Assembly (NCBI GenBank): GCA_965237415.1
Contig: CBDEFM010000002.1
Location: forward strand, 2,240,001-2,304,000
DNA from: Alphaproteobacteria bacterium
GTDB lineage: Bacteria > Pseudomonadota > Alphaproteobacteria > UBA828
Direction: 5' to 3'
DNA length: 64,000 bases
Part shown: positions 1-9,631 of the stretch, piece after piece
Layout of the letters: every line of letters starts with the position of its first letter
Numbering within the stretch: the stretch's first letter is position 1
Position numbers and translations under genes: made by a program
The notes under the pieces: generated by a model
The model's database searches: none
What the model saw: only the letters and a program-made list of their open reading frames with translations
What the model was told of the DNA's origin: nothing

Positions 1-2
1 CG

Positions 3-2267
3 TTCAGATTTGATGCAATTCCTGTAGAGCTTATCAGCTCAATATATGAAAAATTTGCCCATTTGGCCACCACAGACGGGATCTCCACTTCCGGCATTCA
101 TTACACCCCAATAAATTTGGTTGATTTCATTCTGGATCCGTTATTTGAAAATGTCGACGCTAGTGCTCGTGTGCTTGATCCCGCTTGCGGCTCGGGTGTG
201 TTCTTGGTCGAAAGTCTTCGTCGACTCGCATGGCTAAGATCTAGAAGTAAGACTCTCACACGAGAAGTAGTTAACGACATTCTTGTTAACCAAGTTCGCG
301 GTGTTGATATCAGTCCTGCGGCACTCTCGATTGCCGCATTTAGTCTCTATCTCGCTGTGTTGGAGTTGGACCCGGCACCGCCTTCAGGAATTGACGCCCT
401 CGAGTGCCTTCGATTTGAACCCTTGCAGAATCGCGTTTTGTTTGCAACGAGTGCGTTTAGCCAAGAACTTGAACAGGACCTTCTCGCTGACGGTCCAAAC
501 CAAAAGTTCGATCTCATTGTTGGCAATCCGCCATGGACCTACGACCGGGATGAAAAGGCGGCTGATCGGGAACTAGTGAAGGAACGTAGGATCGACGACA
601 CGTCAGTAGACCCGCAACACACTACCGTCCCTGCTGAGGAGAATCGTTCCGGCACCACTTATGCACGACTTCACGGCCTTGCGATTCCGGCACGCTCGCC
701 AGATTGGGCGTTTCTTTGGAGATGCCGGGATTTCGCTCACAGTGAAACTAGAATCGCTTTAGTGATGAAGGCAACACCATTTTTTAGTCTGGCACCTAAC
801 ACAGTATCTGCGCGCGAGGCACTGTTGCGCAGTTTTCCAAACGTCGCGATCATTAATCTATCTCAGCTGCGAACTTCTCGTTTGTTTCAGGAATATAGAG
901 ACGAGAACGACGAAACACTTAAGAAGCGGCCACGAGCAGGACCGGCACTTTTGTTCTTCTCGAACTGTATTCCAACCAACTCTGATTGTATTTCAGTAAT
1001 GGAGCTGCCATGGTCTTCAACTTTCGCGCGTACTGGTGTTTTCCAGTTGCCGGCAGAACCACCAAAGGTGCTACAACTAAGTCGCCTGAGGGCCTTGCCC
1101 GGATTGCTAAAAGCGGCCGCGTTCGGTACAGAGCGGGACGTCTGGTTTCTGGAGCGCCTTTCTCGAAACGAAGATTTGTGTACGCTTGGCGCCTGGCTCG
1201 AAACGGTTCAGCTTCCCGCGGGCAACGGGTACCAGACCGGACAAACCATGGACGCGGATCACCTCGTTGGTTTACCTCAAGCGACAGCAAGGGACATACA
1301 TTTCGGTCGCTTACGCACACAACTACCACGATTCTCCGACGCTCAGGTGCATCGGTCTCGTAATGCTTCCCAATACAAGGGACCGCTTGTCCTTCTTCCG
1401 GAAGGCTCTCTCGCAAGATCCCCGTTGCGTGGACGGTACACAGCCGTGTTTGACCCGCGCGATATTGCCTACAATGAGTCCTTCTTTGGAATTTCATTCG
1501 TAGATCATGACTCAACATTTGCACGCGCCTTAGCGGCGGTGATGCACTCTCGGCTCGTAGGTTATCAGTTGGCATTGACGGCCGGCACTGTTGGGGTTAA
1601 GCAGACGAAGGTGGAAGTTGTTGACCTAACAAATATTAGAATTCCCCGAATCGATAATTGTAGCGACACTCTACTTCAATCCCTTGCAGACGCTTTTGAT
1701 GCACTTACCAAGTGCCCCAATTCAGACGTAGCGAGAATTGCAGGTTCCTCCATTGATCGTATTGTCGAGGATATGGCGGGGTTGAGTGATAATGACAGAA
1801 ATTTACTAGGTGACGCTGATAGACGCGCTGCTGCTGTGTTTTTCGAAACACGGTCAGCGCGCAAGAGGATGGTCGATATACCAAGACACGCGGAAATTCG
1901 ACCTTACGCTGAAAATGTATGTGCCATATTCAATGCCTTCGCATCAGAAGCTGACGACCATGTACTTGCGCCGCAATGCTACGCTCAACTCGCGCGCGAC
2001 GTGATAGTGGTCAAATTCGCACTGATTTCGCGAACGATTGTCACAACTGACCCAGATTTAAGGTCAGCTCAGTTGGAGAGCCTGGGAGACGGACTGAACG
2101 ATTTACTTGGCGGTGCAGAATTGCCATACGTGGCGCCAGCTAAGGCATTGAGGCTGTATGTGGGAAGTGAAATTTTTCTTATAAAGCCCGCTCAGTATCG
2201 GTGTTTTTCTCCAGCGGCGGGCCAGTCGGACGCCGATCGAATAATCGACGACCTCATGACCTCCTAG
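3..2267 (+). CDS. N6-adenine DNA methyltransferase (Type IIG/Eco57I-like R-M protein), 5' end outside window
   Basis: Frame is open from position 3 (FRFDAIPVELISSIYEKF). It has HYTP, motif I VLDPACGSGVFL and motif IV IVGNPPW, followed by a TRD-like C-terminal region. Confidence 0.88.
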   Translation, partial: FRFDAIPVELISSIYEKFAHLATTDGISTSGIHYTPINLVDFILDPLFENVDASARVLDPACGSGVFLVESLRRLAWLRSRSKTLTREVVNDILVNQVRGVDISPAALSIAAFSLYLAVLELDPAPPSGIDALECLRFEPLQNRVLFATSAFSQELEQDLLADGPNQKFDLIVGNPPWTYDRDEKAADRELVKERRIDDTSVDPQHTTVPAEENRSGTTYARLHGLAIPARSPDWAFLWRCRDFAHSETRIALVMKATPFFSLAPNTVSAREALLRSFPNVAIINLSQLRTSRLFQEYRDENDETLKKRPRAGPALLFFSNCIPTNSDCISVMELPWSSTFARTGVFQLPAEPPKVLQLSRLRALPGLLKAAAFGTERDVWFLERLSRNEDLCTLGAWLETVQLPAGNGYQTGQTMDADHLVGLPQATARDIHFGRLRTQLPRFSDAQVHRSRNASQYKGPLVLLPEGSLARSPLRGRYTAVFDPRDIAYNESFFGISFVDHDSTFARALAAVMHSRLVGYQLALTAGTVGVKQTKVEVVDLTNIRIPRIDNCSDTLLQSLADAFDALTKCPNSDVARIAGSSIDRIVEDMAGLSDNDRNLLGDADRRAAAVFFETRSARKRMVDIPRHAEIRPYAENVCAIFNAFASEADDHVLAPQCYAQLARDVIVVKFALISRTIVTTDPDLRSAQLESLGDGLNDLLGGAELPYVAPAKALRLYVGSEIFLIKPAQYRCFSPAAGQSDADRIIDDLMTS

Positions 2268-2292
2268 TTGCAGACAGCGTCGTTGCGGGTAC

Positions 2293-2982
2293 ATGAGCGT
2301 CATAAACAAACACTTGGCGGAAGGACTACGAGGGCGCCCGCGTGGCTTCTATCGCGCTAGGCCCCAAGTACTTCGAGTTGTGCTTCAAACCTTGGAACGT
2401 GCGCTCGCTAACACGATTGCGGCTATTGGCAACGAACGCATTTATGAACCTCGCTTTACACGTCAACTATTGATTGACTTCGAACGTGCGCGGGATCAAA
2501 CTCCCGGCACACCGCGATATGACATCACTCACCAGCCGGAGTTACCGATAGCAGATAGTGATGGAGTTGTCTCCGCACTCCGGAGACTGGACTTCCGTCT
2601 TTTGTTCGTACCGCAAGTAGGGCGGACGGGGGACTATCTCTGCATCGAGTTCAAATATCTTGAGGTGACGGACCGCAGTACGGATCGTGAGTATGTAGGT
2701 GACGGCGTTGAACGTATCGTAGTCGGCGACTACGCTAGGAATCATCCATGGGCCATTATGGTCGGGTTGGAAAGAGTCGGGCCTCTTTTGCGTTCCGTTC
2801 AGAACGTCAACTCACGCCTTCTCACAACGTACGGGCACCTCCATGGGCTAAGAATCGCTCCTGATGTCAAGTTACCCCATGTCTACGCAAGTCAACACGA
2901 ACAAGGCGGGGGACCTCATGAAATTACGATCATCCATGCGTTCTATTTAATACTCTCCGAGCCGAAAGTTATAAACACATGA
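2293..2982 (+). CDS. Putative PD-(D/E)xK nuclease partner of the methyltransferase
   Basis: RLDF...CIEFK motif; starts 25 bp after the MTase stop on the same strand, with similar composition. Confidence 0.55.
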   Translation: MSVINKHLAEGLRGRPRGFYRARPQVLRVVLQTLERALANTIAAIGNERIYEPRFTRQLLIDFERARDQTPGTPRYDITHQPELPIADSDGVVSALRRLDFRLLFVPQVGRTGDYLCIEFKYLEVTDRSTDREYVGDGVERIVVGDYARNHPWAIMVGLERVGPLLRSVQNVNSRLLTTYGHLHGLRIAPDVKLPHVYASQHEQGGGPHEITIIHAFYLILSEPKVINT

Positions 2983-3485
2983 TTCGAGCTGCTCTACCTT
3001 TTGGATGCCATGAGGGCGTTCAGTGGAGATGGCCGATGGCAAACACTTATCGGCGGTACGCTGGGGAGTATTGACGAGAGATGGTAGAGCTGCTGCGTTC
3101 GGGCCGCATAGCCGGGAAATGTATGGCGAGCTCGGATGCTCGGCGGAAACGAACGGAATTTGAGGTCGGCTGGCAGAATATTGGTTGGCGACAAGCGAGG
3201 TTTCCGGGCCCGTAGCCTAACCGATGATTGCCTCGAATGTATGCATTGCCAAGACCGGATTGTTTGAGAAATGCGCGAGCGCATAACGGTTGTACGAACT
3301 TGTTGGCATTTGGCGCCAAGCACTTCCCCGCCGCTCCCATCCACCGGAACGACCTTCCCGTGGCGTTGAGCCTCAGCTCGAGCGCCGCCGGCCCACCGAC
3401 GTCACGCCTAGGCCTCGCAGCCTCCACACGCAAGCGATACCGCCGCGCAGTCGGCCAACCCTGCCGGCCCGGTCGCGCCGATGAG

Positions 3486-3788
3486 TCATTCCCGTTTCGC
3501 ATGGGCTCCCGCTCTGCGTAGCAGCCGCCGCACCCGCGAGCGCAAGACGCCGTCCGGACTCCACTGCGCCGCGACACTCTCCGCGCCGCACAGATCCTCG
3601 GCGACCTCGCGCGTGCTCTTGCAGGCCGCGTGCCCGTCAAGCGCAATGAGAAGCTCCCGATTCCCGTCGGCCGTTGCCTCGTTCCTTGTCAATTCCCCGT
3701 CTCCCTTGAACCGCATCCCATCGAGCCCGCACCAGGACCGAACCTCCGCTTCCACCCTCCTGACGACCGTCTTGCCGAGGTTCGGCAT
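3486..3788 (-). pseudogene. Remnant of a DUF2285 (FseA-like) transcriptional activator C-terminal HTH
   Basis: LIALDGHAACKSTREVAEDLCG...W...LRSRVRRLLRRA resembles the DUF2285 C-terminus; the upstream part is degenerate. Confidence 0.55.
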
Positions 3789-4189
3789 CCGGCGTCAATA
3801 CTCACGGCGTGGGTTCGTCAATAGCTGGCGCCGCCGGTTGTTGACCGGGATTCGGTGAACGACGCCGCCGCGAGGATTGCCGACAGCCTCGGGACCCACA
3901 TGGACCCGCCGCCGCGCGTCCCCCGTGCCCGGGCGGCCTGACGGCGTACAGGCGCTCGACGCAGGCCCAGCCGCTGCCGGGGGAACGCATCGACCCGTCC
4001 CCCAATCTCGAGGCCGCTTCGCGCCGGGTCGAAGTCGCTTGCGTCGGCCACCCGTATCTGTTCGGTCTTGCGCCGCCGCGCGACCTTGATGATGAGACCC
4101 CCGTCGGGAAGCCACAGTCCGGTGAACGTCGCCCCGGAATCGCGCACGATGCGAAACAGCGCATCCCCGCCGCAATCGGCCGGGTCGCC

Positions 4190-4893
4190 CGTTCCACGCG
4201 CCCCTTCTCATTGCCGCGCGCGATCGCGACGGGCTGTGCCAGGAAACGGTAGTGGCCGGCGAAGTCGAGGAACTGGGGATTGAAGCGGATGGCGTCGCCG
4301 CGGCGCTCCAGCACGACGCTCTTCAGGTTGTCGTACCAGAGCTCGCGGGGCACGCCCTGCCACGCCTCGAAGGCGTCGATATGGCCACGCAGGAAGTTGC
4401 TCATCGCGGCGTTGAGGTAGAAGCGCAGGAAGATGCGTCGCGAGAAGCTCAGAACCATCACGAAGCCCATCAGCGGGCGCTCCGCGCGACCGAGCTTCAC
4501 TTTGCCGAAGTGTCCCCAATCGACCTGGGCCTGCTCGCCGGGAAGGGTCTTGAGACGCAGATAGGCCTCGGCCACAGGCTTCGGCCGCTCGGGGGCGATC
4601 ATGTTGCGGAAGTGGCTCTGGCTCCCCTGGTAGCCGCGCTCGCACGCCATCTCGTAGAGCCGGCTGGCGGTCAGCTTCGGATAGTGAGCCAGTGTCTGGC
4701 GGATGAAGGGCATGAAGGGATCGAGCTTCGAGCGCCGGTGCCGCCTCATATGCCGAGGCACCCCGTCGTCGGCCAGAACGCGGCGGACCGTGATGTGATG
4801 GACGCCGAGTTGGTTTGCGATCGTGCCGATCTTCCACTTCTCGGCGTAATGGAGGCGCAGGATCTCCGCGCGCGTCTTCTTGTCGATGGTCAT
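4190..4893 (-). pseudogene. istA: IS21-family transposase IstA, C-terminally truncated
   Basis: N-terminal [27 protein letters not shown] and EKGRVER motifs; homology stops right after RVERA and no istB follows. Confidence 0.85.
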
Positions 4894-4894
4894 C

Positions 4895-5341
4895 TCACCC
4901 TTCTCGTGCCGGATGCCGGACCGGGCGCAGGCCCGGATGGACAAACTGCGCGCAGAACCGGCCGCAGCGATGGCAGCGGAAGACCCTGGCAGGCCGCCCG
5001 TGCCCAAAGGGTTGTGTCCCGCGACGCGTCATCGGCGTCTGTGGCACAACAGGACGACGGTGCCCGCGGGTCAAAGGGTGATGCGTCACTTTCTGCGCGC
5101 AGACCTCATTCTCCGGCACCCGACGCCGGTGCCGATCGCGATAGCGCTGCTGCCGCTGCGCGTGCTTGCGACGACCCTGGAGGCTGTCCTGATAGCGCTG
5201 CCCGCAAAGACGCTGCGCCTGCCTGCGCGCCGTCTCGCGGCAGTCCGCTGAGCAGTACATGTTGCCGTGGTCGCAGCGCGGGCAGAGAACCACCTGCCGA
5301 TCGCAGTGGGCGCAGTTGAACAGGCGGCCGAAGTTCCTCAT
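4895..5341 (-). CDS. Cys-rich (Zn-ribbon-like) accessory protein found upstream of some IS21 istA genes
   Basis: CAHC...CPRC...YCSADC and CHRCGRFC motifs; abuts the istA start. Confidence 0.6.
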   Translation of the reverse strand: MRNFGRLFNCAHCDRQVVLCPRCDHGNMYCSADCRETARRQAQRLCGQRYQDSLQGRRKHAQRQQRYRDRHRRRVPENEVCAQKVTHHPLTRGHRRPVVPQTPMTRRGTQPFGHGRPARVFRCHRCGRFCAQFVHPGLRPVRHPAREG

Positions 5342-5686
5342 CGCGGCGGTCGATGAGAACGGGCTCGACCCCCGCCAAAACCCGCACGATACTGTGCATC
5401 TGGGCCGTGCCGAGCATGGCTCGGGGGGTGCGGCGCCGGCTCTTGCCACCAAGCAGACGTGGCCGGCGCCGCATCGTTCTCAGCGGCCCGAGTGTAGCCC
5501 TACCGATCTTGCTGTTCAGGTCCGAGGGGCTGCCGCCAGTTCGCCCGCCGCCACCGGAATCGCGACGCCTGCCCGCTGTGGATAGCCGGCTTGCCTTGCC
5601 AGACTCGAGGGAGTGGACGCCCCCTCCCGACGGCAGCGAATCGTGCCAAGGTGGTGGTGTCGAACCACCTGAGGGAGGAGGCCTCC

Positions 5687-6712
5687 ATGGATCAGGCTAG
5701 CATCATCGGGATCGATCTGGCGAAGCACAGCTTTCAGTTGCATGGTGCGCGGGCAGACGGGTCCGTTGTGTTCCGCAAGAAGCTGAGCCGGGGCAAGCTA
5801 CTCGACTTCCTCGCCTCGCAACCGCCCTGCGTGGTGGCGATGGAGGCCTGCGCGAGCGCTCACTATTGGGGTAGAGAGACCGAGATGCTCGGACACGAGG
5901 TCAAGCTAATCCCACCGATATATGTCAAGCCATTCGTCAAACGGCAGAAAAATGACGCGAGGGACGCGGAGGCGACTTGCGAGGCCGCGCAGCGCCCCAC
6001 CATGAGCTTGGTGGCCGTGAAGACGGAAGAGCAGCAGGCTCGAGGGATGCTGTTCCGCACACGCGACCTCCTGGTGCGCCAGCGCACGCAGACGATTAAC
6101 GCGCTACGGGGTCACCTGGCGGAGTTCGGCGTCATCGCTCCACAGGGGCCAGCTCATGTCAAGCGGCTGGAGGCGGCACTCATGGATCCGAGCTCGGGGC
6201 TACCGGAGCCGGTTCGCGAGCTGGGTGACCTACTGCTCGGTCAGGTCTCAGACCTCGATGCGAAGATCTACGATTTGGAGAAGGAGCTCCGCGTTTGCGC
6301 ACGCCAGGACGAAGAGGCGGCACGGCTCATGACGATCCCGGGCATCGGGCCGATCACGGCCATGGCAGTACAGGCTTTCGCCCCACCGATGGAGAGCTTC
6401 AGGCGCGGGCGCGACTTCGCCGCCTGGCTAGGCCTCGTGCCGCGACAGCATACGACTGGCGGCAAGCCAAGGCTTGGCAAGGTATCGAAGATGGGCCAGC
6501 GCGATCTCAGGCGGCTCTTGATCACGGGTGCCATGTCTGTAATCCAAGCGGCGGAGCGCCGTGGTGGCGAGACGAGGGATCCTTGGCTGGCCGAAATGCT
6601 GGCGCGCAAGCCGAAGATGCTCGTCGCGGTTGCGCTGGCCAACAAAATGGCGCGCGTCGCCTGGGCGGTGACGGCGAAGAAGGAGATCTATCGGGTTCCC
6701 GCAACCGCCTGA
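5687..6712 (+). CDS. IS110-family DEDD transposase/recombinase
   Basis: IGIDLAK, MEAC, KNDARDA, TIPGIGP and GLVP motifs; GGAGG RBS before ATG 5687. Confidence 0.95.
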   Translation: MDQASIIGIDLAKHSFQLHGARADGSVVFRKKLSRGKLLDFLASQPPCVVAMEACASAHYWGRETEMLGHEVKLIPPIYVKPFVKRQKNDARDAEATCEAAQRPTMSLVAVKTEEQQARGMLFRTRDLLVRQRTQTINALRGHLAEFGVIAPQGPAHVKRLEAALMDPSSGLPEPVRELGDLLLGQVSDLDAKIYDLEKELRVCARQDEEAARLMTIPGIGPITAMAVQAFAPPMESFRRGRDFAAWLGLVPRQHTTGGKPRLGKVSKMGQRDLRRLLITGAMSVIQAAERRGGETRDPWLAEMLARKPKMLVAVALANKMARVAWAVTAKKEIYRVPATA

Positions 6713-6969
6713 CAGGGCGGACAATCGCGGGAAGCCGTCGGGGATGTGGGCAGGTCGGAGGACAGGTAAGGAGGGCATACGGTCAATGAGACCGGATCGG
6801 GAAAACCAGCACCATCCTGAGAGCGTTCAAGCTCGCAGACTCGATTTTGGACCCGGTTCGCGTATCTCCATACGGGCCAGCGGCGATCGAAATGCCGCAT
6901 CAACAGGCCGGATAGACGACAGCACCTGACCGCATGCACCGTGCCGTTCAAAGAAAAGCTTGCATTACC
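6713..6969 (+). ncRNA. Predicted bridge/seekRNA of the IS1111 element
   Basis: 3' non-coding region contains CAGACTCGA (6836-6844), identical to the left target flank (5600-5608), and ATAGACGA (6912-6919), identical to the element right end (6980-6987); each lies next to a hairpin. Confidence 0.7.
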
Positions 6970-7461
6970 GGGGGCGTCCATAGACGAGGGCGGTCGCTGC
7001 GACAAGCCGCCTATCCACAGCTCCGACGAGGCACGCTTCCACCCGCCAAACAAGCTGCTACATCGTCACCGCACTCACGTGCTGAATGCAGCGAATAGGC
7101 GCACTTTTGGACCGTCATCGACACGCGGGACGATGGAAGAGCACCGCGATGGTCCACCGCTACGGCGAGCGGCTGCTCGCGCGGCGAAGCGGCGCGGCGC
7201 AGCTCGCGCGTCTTCAGCATCGCGCGTAGGGGCGCGGTGGCGTATCATTGGGTGTATCGCGCCGGTGCCCGTCGGCGTCGGACCGCCCTGAATTGGTGCA
7301 AGGGGCGGTTTTCCACAGAAACGTTATCGCGAGCCAAAATCGCCGTCCGGCGCAGGGAGCGTCTCCACGCACGCAGGGCGCGGATGACACGGCGCCCGTG
7401 CCTCGGCAGGATGAAACCGTCGTCGATCCAACAGGTTGAATTGCGTTTCGGAAGGACCTAG

Positions 7462-9531
7462 CCCAAGTTTAACAACCCGTTTCGAAGTCTGTTGTTTATC
7501 AATGCGTTGGGGAGCAGGAATTCCGCGTATGGCACTACATTTCGGTTGCCTGTGCCGGATTCGGGGTCAGACGATCATCTTCCTGATGCCTCCGGGAACG
7601 GGGTCTGCGCCGAGCGCCTGATAGATGGCCCGTTGTCGGAGCTCCGCGCGCGTCGGTTTGCGCACATGAAGGGTGCGGCCGTCCTTGCGCCGGAAGGTTG
7701 CCGTGACGCGCTGCTGGCCTTCGAGGATGCGTCGCAGGCTGGCCCAGCTTGCGCGCTCCCCCTGCTCGCCGAGGCGCCGGCGGATGGTCTGCACCAGCTG
7801 GTAGGCGATCACGGTGATGAACAGGTGCCCGTCGGAGCGCTTCTGGGTCTGGTGGAAGATGGGGCGCAGGCCGAGTTCGGATTTGAGCGAGCGGAACACG
7901 GCCTCCACATCTGTGAGCGCAGTATAAGTGCGCCACAACGTCTCCTCGTCCCAGTCCTCGACGTTGGTGCGCAGGCAGTAGACGCCGGGATGGGTGATCA
8001 TGGTGCCGGCGAGCGGGCGGCGTTCCCAAGTGACGGCGCGGGCCTTCTTTCCGCTGTCATCGGCGATGACATCGATGACGTAGTGCGCCCCGACACCGCG
8101 GCTCTTCTCCTTGATCCGGCCGATCCGCTGCCAGACATGGTCGAGCCGCTTGCGGGTGCGCGGGCGCTTGAGGCCGTCGTGGAGCTTGCGCAGCTCACCC
8201 TCGAAGCGCGCGGCGAAGCGCGCGGCAATGCCCTGTTCCGTCTTCGCCCGCGCCTCGGAGTAGCAGTAGAGCCGCACCTCTCCCCCGTCCGCCTCGACCA
8301 CCTTGTGCACATGGACCGTCTGGCGCGACCGGGTCTCGAGGGCAATCGCCAGGTCCGGGTCGAAGCGGCGGGCGCGTTCCCGGCTGACGACCAGATAGCG
8401 GTAGCCGTTCTCGCGCAGCCAGACGACATTGGCCTCGGTGGCGACCCCCGCATCCATCACCACCAGAGCGTCCGCCGGAGCATGCAAGGCGTCGAGCATG
8501 GGCGCCAGGGTCGTGTCTTCGTTGACCGCGCCCGCGAACACTTCGGACCGGCGCACGAAGCCCGCGCCGTCGAGCACCAGGCCCAGGGTGAGCAGCGGGC
8601 AATCGCTGCGCTTCTCCTTGGAGTGGCCGCGTTCGGCCTTGGGCTGGGCCGCCGCCTCACCCTCGAAGAAGGTGTTGGTCAGGTCGTACAGCGTGACCGT
8701 TTGGGGCAAGGCGAACAGGTCCGCCACCTGCTCGAACAGGTGGGCCTCGATCGCCGCGCGCCGCGCCAGCAGGGCATCGGAGGCCCGGTAGAGGCGCATC
8801 ATACTCATCCGCTCGAAGTCCACGCCCAGCAACTCGCCGAGGGCCGAACGCTCGCACAGCCAGCGCCAGCTGGCGCGCTCCGAGCCCGGTGCTGCCATGC
8901 GCGCGATGATGGTGGCCATGGCCAGCGCGCGTTGCGTGCCGTTGAAGCCGAGCCGCTCCAGCAGAGCCTCCAGGCCGAGCTGCTCCATGGCCCACAGCCC
9001 GACATTCTCGACGCCGACCGAGCGCGGGCGGATCAACTCCAGGGAACTCACATCCACCGTCTGCAGGTCGGGGCGCTCGACTGCGGCGGGCGGTGCGCGA
9101 TTGAGGAGTTGCGCGGCGATGCGCTGGGCATCCCGCTCCACCTCTTGCGGACAGGACAGCGGCACCAGTTCGCCCTGGCGCTCGAGCAGCTGCTGGATCC
9201 GGGCGCACAGCACGGGCCAGTGCCGTCGCTCGAGCGGGAAGTCGCTGCCGAGGTTGAGCAGGGTGTGCTGGCGGACCCTGTCTCCGCTGCGCTCGTTGCG
9301 CACGAGGCGGTACGAGTAATAGACGTCGCCGCGTTCGGTTGTGCGTATCTTGGCGTGCCGGATGAACATGGGCGGAGGATAACGGCGGGCCCGGCCTTTG
9401 ATAACCCCCTGACTCGAATATTATGTCACTACATCGCGCCCGTGAAACACGAAAACAAGCAAAATCAACGCGTTAGCGGATACCCGGCGCCCAAATACGC
9501 CAATTTCTGCCTCCCGAATGTTAAACTTGGG
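7462..9531 (-). mobile_element. IS1634-family insertion sequence
   Basis: TIRs CCCAAGTTTAACA / TGTTAAACTTGGG, flanked by CTAG on both sides (7458-7461, 9532-9535). Confidence 0.88.
7567..9369 (-). CDS. IS1634-family DDE transposase
   Basis: 600 aa with YRLV...RQHTLLNLG, LYDLTNTFFEG, GHSKEKRSD, VMDAG and VEAVFRSLKSELGLRPIFHQ. Confidence 0.92.
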   Translation of the reverse strand: MFIRHAKIRTTERGDVYYSYRLVRNERSGDRVRQHTLLNLGSDFPLERRHWPVLCARIQQLLERQGELVPLSCPQEVERDAQRIAAQLLNRAPPAAVERPDLQTVDVSSLELIRPRSVGVENVGLWAMEQLGLEALLERLGFNGTQRALAMATIIARMAAPGSERASWRWLCERSALGELLGVDFERMSMMRLYRASDALLARRAAIEAHLFEQVADLFALPQTVTLYDLTNTFFEGEAAAQPKAERGHSKEKRSDCPLLTLGLVLDGAGFVRRSEVFAGAVNEDTTLAPMLDALHAPADALVVMDAGVATEANVVWLRENGYRYLVVSRERARRFDPDLAIALETRSRQTVHVHKVVEADGGEVRLYCYSEARAKTEQGIAARFAARFEGELRKLHDGLKRPRTRKRLDHVWQRIGRIKEKSRGVGAHYVIDVIADDSGKKARAVTWERRPLAGTMITHPGVYCLRTNVEDWDEETLWRTYTALTDVEAVFRSLKSELGLRPIFHQTQKRSDGHLFITVIAYQLVQTIRRRLGEQGERASWASLRRILEGQQRVTATFRRKDGRTLHVRKPTRAELRQRAIYQALGADPVPGGIRKMIV

Positions 9532-9589
9532 CTAGGATTGCCGGTACGAGACAGGGCGGCTTCCGGGTCGCCCGTCTAAAATGGCGGAT

Positions 9590-9631
9590 TTGACACTTTG
9601 GCTCGCGATAACTACAGTTATCGCGAGCCAA
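9590..9631 (+). promoter_or_regulatory. Sigma70-like promoter overlapped by a 15-bp-arm perfect palindrome (operator)
   Basis: TTGACA (9590-9595)-N17-TACAGT (9613-9618); palindrome TTGGCTCGCGATAAC-taca-GTTATCGCGAGCCAA at 9598-9631. Confidence 0.6.

Larger units (their letters stand above)
5608..6986 (+). mobile_element. IS110-family (IS1111-type) insertion sequence
   Basis: Sub-terminal inverted repeats TGGACGCCCCC (5614-5624) and GGGGGCGTCCA (6970-6980), CGAGGG at both junctions, and a long 3' non-coding end. Confidence 0.88.

Noticed and set aside
7492-9579. Long alternative ORFs (e.g. 7492-9579, 34408-36702, 46175-48685, 55519-57636)
   Set aside because: They are antisense shadows of real high-GC genes and carry no recognisable motifs.
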